Shown piece after piece: positions 22,600 through 35,482 of a stretch of 64,000 nucleotides of DNA; the stretch's first letter is position 1, and each line of letters starts with the position of its first letter. The notes under the pieces are model-generated. The model did not search any database. It had not been told where the DNA came from and saw nothing but the letters and a program-made list of their open reading frames with translations. The stretch is from Octopus sinensis (lineage: Eukaryota): assembly GCF_006345805.1 (NCBI RefSeq), contig NC_043000.1:152892001-152956000 (forward strand). The letters run 5' to 3'. Both the position numbers and the translations under genes were made by a program.

Positions 22600-23311
22600 A
22601 TGGTCCATATGTCTTCTTTTATGCAACAAGAATGATCCGTTTCTCAACTGGATTATGACTTGCAATGAAAAGTGGATTCTTTATGACAACCGTCAACACT
22701 CATCTCAGTGGTTGGATGCTGACAAAGCTCCAAGGTACTTCCTGAAGCCAAAGTTGCACCAAAAGAAGGTCATGGTGACTGTTTGGTGGTCTGCGGCTGG
22801 TCTCATCCATCACAGCTTTTTGGATCCAAGCGAAACCATTATGGCGGAGAAGTACTGTCAGCAAATGGATGAAATGCATAAGAAAATCCGACAACAACAG
22901 CCAGCATTGGTCAATAGAAAATGACCAATTCTTCTCCACGACATCGCTTGGCCGCACGTCCCTCAGCCGACACTGCAGAAGTTGAACGAATTGGGCTACG
23001 AAACCCTGCCTCATCCACCTTACTCCTCAGACCTTTCGCCTACCGACTATCACTTTTTCAAGCATCTCGACAACTTCCTGCGTGAGAAATGCTTCAAAAA
23101 CCAAGCCGATACCAAACACACCTTCAACAACTTCATCGCCACCAGAACGCAGGATTCTTACGGTACTAGCATAAATAAACTTGTATCACGTTGGCAAAAG
23201 TGTGTTGATTCTGATGGTGTTTATTTCGATTAATAAAGTTTTTTTTTGAGCCTAGATATGTGCATCTGAATTTAAAGGTTAAAAACCACAAGAAGTTTCT
23301 TGACAACCTAA
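22600..23311 (+). mobile_element. Mariner 3' half (cecropia subfamily, Hsmar1-like) with right TIR
   Basis: Translation NEKWILYDN, LHQKKVMVTVWWSAAGLIHHSFL, KLNELGYETLPHPPYSSDLSPTDYHFFKHLDNFL, RWQKCVD...YFD*. The end ...TTGACAACCTAA|TA is the reverse complement of TTAGGTTG. Confidence 0.9.
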
Positions 23312-23319
23312 TAGAAATA

Positions 23320-24670
23320 GTGTGTTTATCAGAAAATGGCTTGGTCTGCCAAAACCCCTGAATACAACTGCACTATATGGAAAACCCGTGCTGCAACTAC
23401 CAATAACATCAATCGCCAAAGAATATAAGGCAGGAAAGGCAAGGACAGTAATGATGCTAAGGTATTCAAAAGATCAGAGCATCCAAGAACCCCCCCCCCC
23501 AATGGTACGAACAGGGAGGAAATGGAAGGCGGAAGAGGCAGTAAACAGGGCGATCGGAAAACTAAGGCACGCAGATATAGTCAGAGCAATGCAAGAAGCA
23601 AGAGCCAGCCTGGGGTTGCACAATTTCAGGCCATTTTGCAAGAGCAGTATAAAAGAGATGAAAGAGGCAGTGGTATACAAAGTGAGAAAGGAGGAAGAAG
23701 AAAGGCGAAATGTACATTTGGTGCAATGTAGTCAACAGGGACAGTGCTTAAGATGGGAGGAATATGTGATCAGCTGCAGAATATCATGGAAGGAACTTAG
23801 GGCTTGGGAACAAGCAAGAACATTTTTCCTGATCAAGTCTACCTTTGACGTTCTACCCTCACCGGCGAACTTAGTCTGGTGGAACATAAAAACAACCGAT
23901 GAGTGTAGATGTGGAGAGAAAGCAACGGTTAGACATGTTCTGTCAAACTGCAGACTAGCACTAGAAAGGTATACATGGCGTCATAATCAAGTCCTCAGTG
24001 TCATAAGTGCAGCACTCAAGGAGAAGATCAAGAGGTACAATAGGGGAGAGTACCCAAAAGTGGAAAAGCACAGGAAAGTATACTTCCAGAAGGAGAGAAA
24101 TGGATATAAAACCAGGCCTACAAATAAAATATACAAGATAGACGAAAGATGGAAGGGATATTGGGAGGTGGCCACGGATTTGGAAAGACTAGTAATATTT
24201 CTACTTATAAAAACGACAAAAAGATCAGATTTAGTCCTATTGGACAGAGAACGGAGAATAGGAATTTTGTTAGAACTGACAGTGCCATGGGAAGAGAACA
24301 TCGGCAATGCAGAGAAATGAAAGGAGAAGAGATATGAAAAACTAATCGAAGAGTGCAGAGAACAGGGATGGAATGTCGAGTATTACCACCTGGCAGTGGG
24401 GGCTAGGGGCTTCATTGAAAGAAAAATGACAACACTATTCAAAAGATTTGTTTTTTTCTAGCTCTGAGCTGAGAAAACTAAGGAGAGTACAGGAGGCAGT
24501 CGAAAAAGCCAGCTTCTATATATGGCTGAAGCATGAAGACCAAAAAGCATTGGTTGACTTGAGGCTGCAGTAGAAGATACTTCTCCAAGGGGCTTTGCTG
24601 TGAGATAGGACACATAATTACATGATTACCAATGTAAACTCCATATCTATTCAGCCATACCTGCACCTAT
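23320..24670 (+). mobile_element. 3' part of a restriction-like-endonuclease non-LTR retrotransposon (Hero-type)
   Basis: ORF 23322-24320 contains RTGRKW, a CCHC knuckle (CRCGEKATVRHVLSNC), YTWRHNQVL, (P>S)DLV and LLELTVPWE. It continues after a TGA as KRYEKL..GW..VGARGF and EKASFYIWLK. Confidence 0.85.
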
Positions 24671-24810
24671 GGCATCGGCCATGATCGGTTGGTGCTTTTA
24701 ATGTGCCACCGGCACGGAAGCCAGCCAAGGCGGCGCTGGCATCGGCCACATTCGGATGGTGCTTTTTATGTGCCACCGGCACAGAAGCCAGTCGAGGCAG
24801 CGCTGGCATC
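24670..24810 (-). repeat. Isolated two units of the 67-bp RTE-tail tandem array
   Basis: GGCATCGGCCA...GTGCCACCGGCACGGAAGCCAG twice, matching 50221-50756. Confidence 0.85.
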
Positions 24811-27342
24811 TCTTCTGAAAATGAGGTACTTCAGTGAAATACTCTCATGAAGCTCCAGGTACTCCTCAAGTTACAGTAGGGTACATTACTGCAATTCAGT
24901 TTCATAATCTGAGCTTTTTAGTCTTTGCTGACATAAGAGATAATACACCAGGGTGGTATATCTAATCAGTGCTGCCAGTCTACTTGTTACATCTGTAGAT
25001 GAATATCTTCATATCTGGTTGAAATTTGATACATCTGGAACAGTGAAGATCAGTGTAGGAATAAACTACTACATTTACATCATATAGATAACACCTACCA
25101 CCACAGCAGTATTTGATGCATCCAACTGTGTTCATTTGTGTTCAATCTGAGCACCTCACTCATTCGCGTTTGTGCATTTCTACTCATAGAATTTTGATAA
25201 TCATATGCAGCTGATAAAGTTTTGGATTACAAGACAGATGGTCATCAGCTTGTTGTTTGACACTTAGCTGTGTCCATATCCAATATATTTAACTCTCATG
25301 ATTTCAGTCCATGTGGCAGTAACAGAAAAAACAAGATAGATTTACAGTTTATAATAAGCATTAGTGGTACTAATGTGAAATTGATGGGTGGTTCATCAAC
25401 TTGCAGCGATGTGGCCAATATGACTACTGCTTGGAGAGGGATGGGTTCCATCAGGCAGGCTTGCTCCAGACTTGCTCTAAGAAGATGAAGTCTTCAGTGG
25501 TGTCCCGACAACTCAATAGTTCCAAGGATTCATCATTGCCAAGAAATATAAATACAACGATATGAGACTATATATACAGACACCCACATACACATACATT
25601 GCCTTTTAAAAAATTTTTGTTTTTCACACACACACACACAACTTTTCTCACATCAAGATGAACTGAGTTACATTTTCTGTCTAAATCTAAAGACAAATTA
25701 CCACTGTATTTTTTTCTTTATATATATGTATATATTTATTTATTTATTTTGGCTGTTCTTGATACCAACTAAAACAAATGAAAAATTAAAAGCACAAAGA
25801 AAAAAAAAAAACGACAAAAACAGCAAAAGACTGAAAAAATATAACCTAGACAGAAAACAACTATTTTATTACATTCCTTCATCTTCAACGAACCTAGAAA
25901 TTGGACACAGTTCAATAATATTAATTCACAGAAAAAAAAAAAAGAAAAAAAACAGCAAAAATTCTCCCACCCACTCTTTGTATTCTTAGATGGGAATTTT
26001 TTTCTTTACGGAAATAACCTAATTTTGGTTACAAAAAAATCAAAAAAATCTTACAAACAACTATGATGATGGGTGGTGGGTAGTGGTAAGATTCTCTTTT
26101 TAATGACTGATGGTGTAATTGGTGAATCTGCGTGTGTGTGTGTGTGTGTAAGAGAGATGACATTAAACTTTAAGTTATCAACAAGTAAATCTAATGCTTT
26201 ATACTCTTTAATTATTCAGGGAGTTAGATTAACCTACAAAAAAAAAACAAACAAAACAGAAAAAAACCCCTAAAATATTCATTTTTGAAATCTTCTCAAA
26301 GCAGACCCATTTATTTAATTTATTTGTTTATCATTATTAAAGAAAAGGGTGGAAATGTTGGTGGAGATTACAGGATAGGATGGTAGAAACAGCAGCACTT
26401 AAGATTAAGCAGTTTTCTGGTATCTAGTTATGTAGTGCCAACCCTCTGTGTTCTTAGTTCATATCATGCCTACAATAACTATCTTCCATCATCTCTAAGG
26501 GTTCATAACTTGTGTTAGGCATTTATTTTTACTCAGAATCAATGGAGAAGGGGACCAAAATGCTACTGCAATAGTCCTTACTGCATCAGGCTAGCGTATT
26601 ATGCACCTGCTGAAATGAGTTCAATGCACCTATTTCACGTCTTTACTGTCAATATGGGAATTTCTAGATGGTTGTTCAACCTGCTAAAAAGAGTGACCAA
26701 ATCTCTCTCAAACCATACTCTAATGGATACTTTGCATGATCTAGTTGCAGATACACTAATTTAGCAGAAATGATAGGGTGGCCATAACTGGAATGCATGT
26801 CTGATCAGGGTTAACTTGGTACTAAACAACAGCAATTGCAGTCAGCCTGACTTTGTTTTACTATATCAGACCTGGTTATAAGACGTTCCCAAGAACTGCA
26901 TCTCTCTTCTGTAAAGAATTTGACCTGCAGGAATTCAAACCGAACACTGACTATATCAATTCCAAAAGTCTGACAGGAGAGGGAAACATTGTAGGGTAGG
27001 TGTGAGAGACTGGATCTGGCCGAGTTAACCAAAAAACTGGTAGAATGTTTGGGTTACATAAGGCTGATTTAAATCCTAAATGTTTAATGGTTTGTGCCAT
27101 ATTCTTTCAAGTACCAATTCTGCTAAGGCTGATTAAATATGTACTGAACTTTTACATGAAAAATATTTCCTTTTAATTAAAGAAATGTGACTATTTTAGG
27201 AAGTAGCGGTTGTGTCATTGACTGAAATTGTGTTCTTGGTATATTTAGTTTAGAATATTGTTTTCATCCTCTCCATCACTTCTGCATATTTTCTCATCAT
27301 AGTTTGTTTTATAGCTATAGAAAATATTTTTATTTGAAACAA

Positions 27343-27725
27343 TAGGCGCAGGAGTGGCTGTGTGGTAAGTAGCTTGTTTACCAACCACATGGTTCCGGGT
27401 TCAGTCCCACTGTGTGGCATCTTGGGTAAGTGTCTTCTATTATAGCCTCGGGCCGACCAAAGCCTTGTGAGTGGATTTGGTAGACGGAAACTAAAGGAAG
27501 CCCGTCGTATATATGTATATATATATGTGTGTTTGTGTCTGTGTTTGTCCCCCTAGCATTGCTTGACAACCAATGTTGGTGTGTTTACGTCCCCGTCACT
27601 TAGCGGTTCGGCAAATGAGACCGATAGAATAAGTACTGGGCTTACAATGAATAAGTCCCGGGGTCGATTTGATCCAGCATGGCAGCAGTCAAATGACTGA
27701 AACAAGTAAAAGAGTAAAAGAGTAA
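27343..27725 (+). mobile_element. SINE family B
   Basis: Same head, body and tail, with a short 3' deletion. Confidence 0.9.
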
Positions 27726-28607
27726 TACATATTATATGTGGTCAACTGAAAGGACTAGAGGGAGAAGAAGGGAGAGCGAGAAAGCCTATAAGTGACCATA
27801 TGGGCATGTGAAATATTGTGTTGTAGCAGTTTCTGACATTGTGTACATGTTAGTGTTAGTGATTTTGATAAGACTGAAACTGTGACATAAGAGTGAATGA
27901 TAATCCTGGATTAAGCACGAATGAAATTAGATTTTGAGATTTAGGCAACAATTTGTTGACTGGTTCTAGAAAATGAGGTTTTGATGAAAATAGATGAATA
28001 ACTACAACTTGGCAATAATTTGTTGAATGGTTCCAGATAATATGTAATTTTGATGGAAATAAATGAAGAAAAATAACTTGGCAAAAATTTGTTCAGCATG
28101 GTTACAGTTCTACCAGATGGCAATAAATCATTGAGAGAAAGAATGAGGATACTCTAACAGAGAAAGGTTTCCTGCTGACTTCAGCAAATATTTGTTTTTT
28201 TTTCTAAATAATTTTGCAACTGAAGAAGATTTATTGAGAGTTCAGGATTCCAGTGCCAATTCAAAACTATAGGAAATTTAAAGTTTGTATTGGTTAGCAG
28301 GTATTATATTAAAACTCTCCAATTTGAACACACTAAAAGTAGTCTCTGTTAGCAAATTACTCTTAAATAAATAAAAGTAAAAATAAATAAATTAATTAAT
28401 TAATTAAAAATAATAATGAAACTAGTGTGCAAAAATATAAGGGCTCACATTTCATGATGCATGATTTTTCTTTCTATTTGTTACTTTTAATTGGCTACCC
28501 TTGAAAACTTTGTAAAAAATCTAATATTAATGTACTTAAAAGCCTTTGACTGTCTGGTGCCAGAAACTCCTCTCTATAAATTAGTTATGTTCGTTAAGTT
28601 CCAAACA

Positions 28608-30098
28608 TACTGAACTACAAAAGAAACGTCGCACTGTAACAGATTATTTGTTTCACACACGATTTTGAGATTATATGGATTTTATCACATTTCTAGGTAA
28701 TTTGACACCAGGAAGATGTCACTGGTCCACATTACCACTCTCTTTTGAAAACACAAGGATTTTATGTTGGGTTCAAACTTGTTCACTTTTCATGAACATG
28801 GTAATGCTCACAAATGCATATTTATGAAAAGCATAATGTATGTACAAAGTGTTGACTCATTGGGTATAAAAGGCTCCCAAATTTACTAGCCTGTCATTTG
28901 TTTCCTGAATGCTGCAAGCATGCCAAGACTTACACAAAATCAGAGGGAGCAAGCCATTGGATGTCTCCATGGGTCATTGCTTATGACTTGAACTGCGGTA
29001 TCCAGACAATTGAGCGACAAGGGGAATGACACAATGCCACAAACAGCACAGATGATCATCCGTGCAGTGTCTGACCGAGGGGTACAACAGTATATCAAGA
29101 TCGCCACCTTCACCAACAGCATTTAATTCCAGAGGACAACGAAATTAGCTAGGCAGGCCTTAGGTACTCACCACAGTTTCATTTGTGCAGAGACGGTTCG
29201 CCGCCAGCTGAGATCTTTCGATCTGTCTTGTTGATGTCTGGTTAGGGGCCCTATCCTCACAGATCATCATTATGGGCGTGTCTGCAGTGGGCTCAAAAAT
29301 ATCAGAACTGGTGATATCAGCAGTGGAGGATTATAGCCTTCTCTGATGAAAGTCAATATTGCATTTCTGTGGCAGATTGCTGAGCTAGGGTTTAGAGAAG
29401 AAGGGGTGAATGTCATGCTGATGGCTGTGTGGTGGAGACTCATGGAGAGGACAGAGCATCATGGTATGAGGTGGGATTGCATTCAAACAGAAACTTGGAC
29501 CAGTGGTCTGCCAAAACATTGGCCAAGGCTGGGATGATAAAGTAACTGCTGCTCACTACATCAACCGAGTGTGTCATACTTTGCCTGTCATCAGAATCAC
29601 ATGTTCCAACATGACAACACCCATGCCCATACTGCCATGTTGACAACAGACTTCCGCCAACAGCACAACATTCAGACACTGCCATGGCCTGCCCTAAGTC
29701 TGGACTTGCACCCATAGAGCACCAGTGGGATGAAATCCAAAGCAGGCTAAATGCCATCGTCCAAGGCTGAGAACTGCTGCACAACTCACTGCAAGTTTTA
29801 ACAGGGTGTGGGCTGCTATCCCCTTGGCCTTCTTCAATCATTTGGTGCGTCCAATGTACAGAAGATGCCTGGTGGTAATCAATGCTAACGGTGGGTACAT
29901 GAGATATTGAGTTCATCTCTTTGGATCTAGGACACTGTCATCATGTGACACCATATGTCAAACATGCTTCGGAAATGACATTTTATCATTAAAAAAGGAT
30001 AGTTTCTTAATTAGCACTCTTCAGTCAATGTTATGGCAGTCTCTTAATAAACCAGTTTCTATTTAATATGTGTGCAATGTTTCTTTTGTGGTTCAGTT
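28608..30098 (+). mobile_element. Tc1-like DNA transposon, full length and decayed
   Basis: TIRs CTGAACTACAAAAGAAACGTCGCAC and GTGCAATGTTTCTTTTGTGGTTCAG, with TA flanks. Confidence 0.82.
28920..29910 (+). pseudogene. Tc1 DD34E transposase remnant
   Basis: MPRLTQNQREQAIG..., FSDES, QHDN..H, LPWPALSLDLHPIEHQWD, ending GGYMRY*. Many stops and frameshifts. Confidence 0.82.
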
Positions 30099-30863
30099 TA
30101 TATCTTATTTCTGAGATTGATGTGTCTTATCAGACTGATCCTTTGCATTGTGAGACAAAAGGCAGTGAGATTGATTGAAGAAGCAAAGGCAGGTGCATAC
30201 AGGTGAAAATGACGTTGTAGAAGGTTTAGAAGAATAAAATCTATTTTATGTATTGTTACACTTAGGAATGGTTATCTTTTGCTAATTGAACACATGCACA
30301 GTTTATTCCCTTTAGTTTTATTAGTATTATATATATATTTTTTAAATTTACTTGTCCATCAAAGTTCTTTTATCATACACTCTGTGACCTCTTCAGTGAC
30401 TCTGTCTCTTGTGTCACTTCTTGCTCTGTCTATTCCATCTTGTTCCTAATTATTCCCAAATGAAATAGGCAGGACAAGAGGAGACACATGGGATAAAGAG
30501 TTGCTGAAGAGGCCACAGAATGTGTGATGAAAGAACTCTAATGGGCAAGTAACCTAAAAAAACTATAAATACTAATAAAACTTAAGTGAAGGTCAAATAA
30601 ATAGTCTGCATGTTTAATTGGCAAAAAATGACCATCCCTAAGTATAACAATATCTGTTTCAGCATACATTTTCACAATCAAAAATCTTGCAAAATAAATG
30701 CATGAACTTAAACTATTTTATGGTCCTAAAAGAAATAGAGAAAGGACCAAACTGTTGTGGAACCAGTTTAGATTAAACGAAACAAAAAAAAAGGTAAAAT
30801 AATAATAATAGAATGGGTAAGTAATTTTACATACATTTTGTAGATTCCATCATCTCAGATATA

Positions 30864-31261
30864 TCTTTATATATAAAAGTGAGGTTGTGTGCTGTCTGTC
30901 TCCTTCGATTTAGATTCCTAACTACTCCCACATTTTCCGGTGCAGTTTAATCAAAACCGGGTATCTTATAGTCGTGATTCATATCGAGCCCTTCTGGGTA
31001 TTAGCTTGCATCTACAATGAGTCTACGATTTAAAAAAAAATTTACCATCAATTTTTCCCATTTTTAATGCATTTTTGGCATATATAAGAGAAGTAACTCT
31101 CTAAAAATTTATTATTAAATCTCAGAAAGTAAAAAGCTACAGTAACCCCCCCCCCCTTTGTGGTTAGCCATATTGAGATGGCTATTATACTTTACATCTC
31201 TAAAAATGCTTATATAGTTATTTCCCTTACAAACCCGAGCAACGCCGGGCGATACTGCTAG
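30864..31261 (+). mobile_element. Non-autonomous Helitron (mini family)
   Basis: A|TCTTTATATATAAAA ... CCCGAGCAACGCCGGG...CTGCTAG|T. Confidence 0.9.
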
Positions 31262-31630
31262 TATGCTATACTTTAACATGGAATATATTTGTAAAGAGCT
31301 TACTTTTGGTTCTGAAGAAGAAAGTTTATATCTTGGGCCATACTTCATATAAGATCAATATATTTTTGTGAATATACATATGCAGTCATCATCATCATCA
31401 TCATCATTTAATGTCCATTCTCCAGGCTGGCATGGGTTGGATGGTTTGACCGAAGCTGAACAGCTGTAGGCTGGTCAGCTTCTGTAATGAATCAAATATC
31501 ATCTACTCCACTGTTTAATCAAAAAGACGTGAAATAGCCTTTTAAAAAAAAATATTGAAAAATCTCTAAAACAAAATAATTAGGGACAAAATAACTGTCT
31601 CCTGCATATATTAATTTCTAATGTTGGCAC

Positions 31631-32050
31631 ATCATCATCATCATCATCGTTTAGCATCCACTTTCCATGCTAGCATGGGTTGGACGGTGCAACTGGGGTC
31701 TGGGAAGCCAGAAGGCTGCACCAGGCCCAGTCTGATCTGGCAATGTTTCTATGGCTGGATGCCCTTCCTAACGCCAACCACTCCATGAGTGTAGTAGGTG
31801 CTTTTTACGTGCCAGACGAGTCTGGCAAACGGCCACGATCGGATGGTGCTCTTTATGTGCCACCGGCACGGGGGTCAGGCTAGGCTGGCAATGGCCATGA
31901 ACGGATGGTGCTTTTTACGTGCCACCGGCATGGGGGCCAGGCGAGGCTGGCAACGGCCACGAACGGATGGTGCTCTTTACGTGCCACCGGCACGAGGCCA
32001 GTCAGGGCGGTGCTGGCAATGGCCACGTTTGGATGGTTCTCTTACAATGT
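31631..32050 (-). mobile_element. RTE-type 3' tail, subfamily A, about 4 tandem units
   Basis: (CAT)n start on plus, with four GGATGGTGCT..GTGCCACCGGCA units. Confidence 0.9.
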
Positions 32051-32227
32051 CACAAATTCGGGACTGAGAATAACCAGTTCACTTGTCTTGATAACAGAAG
32101 TATGTAAGGCTTGTTGAACCTAGCAGGATTTGAACTAACACTATAAAGTGTCAACTATATACTGCAATACCTTTTATTTGCTAGTCTATGAACTCTGGCA
32201 ATTCTTTACCTTATTTCTTTTGTTAAT

Positions 32228-32650
32228 AAGCCAGGGGTGTAACCAGCCCACTTATGCGTACCTTCCCTTCATTGGATGCTGCTTGCGAAGACCTGTTGAG
32301 GCAAATGAAATCGTAATCAAATTTGATGACTGGCATCTGTGCTAGCGGAGCACTAAGAGCACCATCTGAGAGTCATCGTTGCCAGAGCGGCTAACTGGCA
32401 TTTGAGCCAGTTTTTGTGGCCGTTGCCAGTACCACCTGACCGGCCCCCGGCACGGGGGCATGTAAAAGCACCGACTACACTCTCGGAGTGGTTGGCGTTA
32501 GGAAGGGCATCCAGCTGTAGAAACTCTGCCAGATCAAGATTGGAGCCTGGTGCAGCCATCTGGTTCGCCAGTCCTCGGTCAAATCGTCCAACCCATGCAA
32601 CCATGGAAAGCGGACGTTAAACCATGATGATGATGATGATGATGATGATG
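32228..32650 (+). mobile_element. RTE-type 3' UTR, subfamily C, long
   Basis: Includes the CCACTTATGCGTACC...GAAGACCTGTTGAGGCAA segment shared with 2900-2980, and a (GAT)n tail. Confidence 0.85.
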
Positions 32651-33054
32651 AAAGTGCCTGTATTCAGTGTGATCTGAATACAGGCCCTTAACTGATTGCA
32701 ATTAACTCATCATTAACTGTAATTGTGATGGTGAAGGTGATATTATAATTCCATATTTCTCCTTTCAAATACACTGAAGCATGTTCATATTCATATTTAA
32801 TAATGCCAGTTCCTGATGTCTTTTCGGCATGCAATCTATGAGAAGCGAAGAATTATAACAACACGAAACATTATTTGCTGACTCCTATCTGTCTGATGTT
32901 TCTGTTTTGTTGCAGAAAATAAAAAGCAACAACAAATAAAAAAACTGCAACAACAACAACAATAAACGATAATTACTATAATTTGGGTGTTAAGTTTGTA
33001 CTTTTCAGTCTTACATATTTGTTTCTTGTGTGTGCGCATGTGTGTGTATTCATG

Positions 33055-33222
33055 TATGTATGTATGTCTGTATGTATGTATGTATGTATGTATGTATGTA
33101 TGTATGTATGTATGTATGTATGTATGTATGTATGTATGTATGTATGTATGTATGTATGTATGTATGTATGTATGTATGTATGTATGTATGTATGTATGTA
33201 TGTATGTATGTATGTATGTATA
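33055..33222. repeat. (TATG)n microsatellite, about 40 units
   Basis: Direct reading. Confidence 0.97.
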
Positions 33223-33620
33223 TTTATACACATACATTCATTTATATGTATGTAATATACCAGAGAAAAGTGTTTTTTTTACATTTGGTGGATATGAATT
33301 ATAAATATGTGTCTTCCCATACGTCATCTTTTCTCACTCCACAATGTACGACAGATGTTAGATGGAAAAACAGATAAAAAAAAAGAAAAGAAAAGAGAGA
33401 TAATATACCTTGTGTATATGTGCATAGAAGAGAGTAAAAAAAAAAGGACTGAATTAAAAAAAAAATATGAGAACAAGGGCACAAACCAGAAATATGTTGT
33501 AGTGTAAACAGAAAATTGTTTTATACATACCTTATGACAAAATAATGGTTTCTGGCATAGGCATGAAACCTGAGCCTCTAAGTTAGGTGAAGTGGATTGT
33601 AGTGGCATTCATGCTTTTCT

Positions 33621-33855
33621 TTATTTCTTTATTGCCCACAAGGGGCTAAACACAGAGGGGACAAACAAGGACAGACAAAGGGATTGAGTCGATTACATCG
33701 CCCCCAGTGCGTAACTGGTACTTAATTTATCGACCCTGAAAGGATGAAAGGCAAAGTCGACTTCGGCAGAATTTGAACTCAGAACATAACAGCAGACGAA
33801 ATACTGCTAAGCATTTCGCCTGGCTTGCTAACGATTCTGCCAGTTCGCTGCCTTT
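33621..33855 (-). mobile_element. SINE family C with TSD
   Basis: TSD ATGCTTTTCT at 33611-33620 and 33856-33865. Confidence 0.88.
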
Positions 33856-33924
33856 ATGCTTTTCTAAAAGCAGTTACTGATGTAATTATAACTAAAAACT
33901 GAGTCCAACTTATGCATTTAATTA

Positions 33925-34475
33925 ATGTGAATTAATAGTCACACTAGTTCCGCAGTTCCGCATAGCCCCAGCCCATTCAAAGTACCTTGGATTCCAGAAC
34001 ATCCCGCTGTGCTTGAGGAGACCTATTGAGTCAAGTACATGAACATCGAAATATATATCAATGGAAATAGTAGTTGTGATACCTGTGCCAGTGGCACATA
34101 AAAAGCACCATCCGAATGTGGCCGATGCCAGCGCTGCTTGACTGGCTTCCGTGCCGGTGGCACATAAAAAGCACCATCCGAACGTGGCCGATGCCAGCGC
34201 CGCCTTGACTGGCTTCCGTGCCGGTGACACGTTAAAAAGCACCAACCAATTGTGGCCGATGTCAGACTCCCCTGTCACCTGTGCCGGTGGCACGTAAAAA
34301 GCACCCACTACATTCGTGGAGTGGTTGGCATTAGGAAGGGCATCCAGCTGTAGAAACACTGCCAGATCAGACTGGAGCCTGGTGCAGCCTCCTGGCTTCC
34401 CAGACCCCGGTCGAACCGTCCAACCTGTTCTAGCGCGGAAAACAGACGTTAAATGATGATGATGATGATGATGAC
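33925..34475 (+). mobile_element. RTE-type 3' UTR, subfamily B (67-bp units, about 3)
   Basis: Units match 50221-50756. The tail is CGTTAAATGATGATG. Confidence 0.85.
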
Positions 34476-34858
34476 TATGGTGATTACTACCATTTTATAA
34501 GTAAACATTAACAATAGGGTGAAGAGAAAGTTGCTCAAAGGAGTATTCTGTATTTGAATACTCATACAGTGTGTTAGGTATGTAATATAGTGAAGTGAAA
34601 AAAAAAAACTTCATTTGACTAAGATAACCTTTGCAATTAGAAGACAAAATCTCCCCTGAAATTGAGTTATTTTCCTCTTAGTTCTTTTGTTGATGTTCAT
34701 AGCCATTGTCACAGCTTTTCCGCTTATTCATTTTATACTCATTTTTCCATGTTAGTTTGGGTTACATGAATATATTACCAAGGCATTGTTTTGCTGTTGT
34801 CCGACCTTCCTCTTGTTAGTTCTTACTATGAATAACAAAATGAATATTTTGTTCCACA

Positions 34859-35262
34859 TAGGCAGAACATGGAGTGGCTGTGTGGTAAGTAGCTTGCTAA
34901 CCAACCACATGGTTCCGGGTTCAGTCCCACTGCGTGGCATCTTGGGCAAGTGTCTTCTACTATAGCCCCGGGCCGACCAATGCCTTGTGAGTGGATTTGG
35001 CAGATGGAAACTGAAAGAAGCCTGTTGTATATATGTATATATATATATGTGTGTGTGTGTTTGTGTTTGTCCCCCTAGCATTGCTTGACAACCGATGCTG
35101 GTGTGTTTACGTCCCCGTCACTTAGTGGTTCGGCAAAAGAGACCGATAGAATAAGTACTGGGCTTACAAAGAATAAGTCCCAGGGTCGATTTGCTCGACT
35201 AAAGGCGGTGCTCCAGCATGGCCGCAGTCAAATGACTGAAACAAGTAAAAGAATAAAAGAGA
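34859..35262 (+). mobile_element. SINE family B
   Basis: Match to the other copies. Confidence 0.9.
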
Positions 35263-35482
35263 GAGATATTTTTGAAGGCGCAAAGCTTGTGGGTGACTTG
35301 TTGATAGGGGTAAATTACAGCCACGCCACCACCTGTAGCAGTATGAGTTTAATTTGTTCCATGACTGAGCTCGTCTTACAATTTACTTGTTTTACAAATT
35401 GATTTTCTTCATTGAAATCAACTAAAATATAATTAATCTGTTATTAATTATAACAGATTAATCTGTTATTAATTATAACAGA

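Noticed and set aside
25440-25505. Possible minus-strand hammerhead (CTGAAGA)
   Set aside because: There is no downstream stem II/GAAA.
30134-30545. Two exon-like segments with AG/GT ends
   Set aside because: The second has stops in all frames and the first is too short to support.
32836-33377. YIHT/MYVC repeat ORFs (also 46633-47273, 37034-37370)
   Set aside because: Microsatellite translations.
35433-35482. 25-bp tandem with an internal quasi-palindrome (a 29-bp duplication is also near 36077-36143)
   Set aside because: Small slippage-type duplications, which are common and uninformative.
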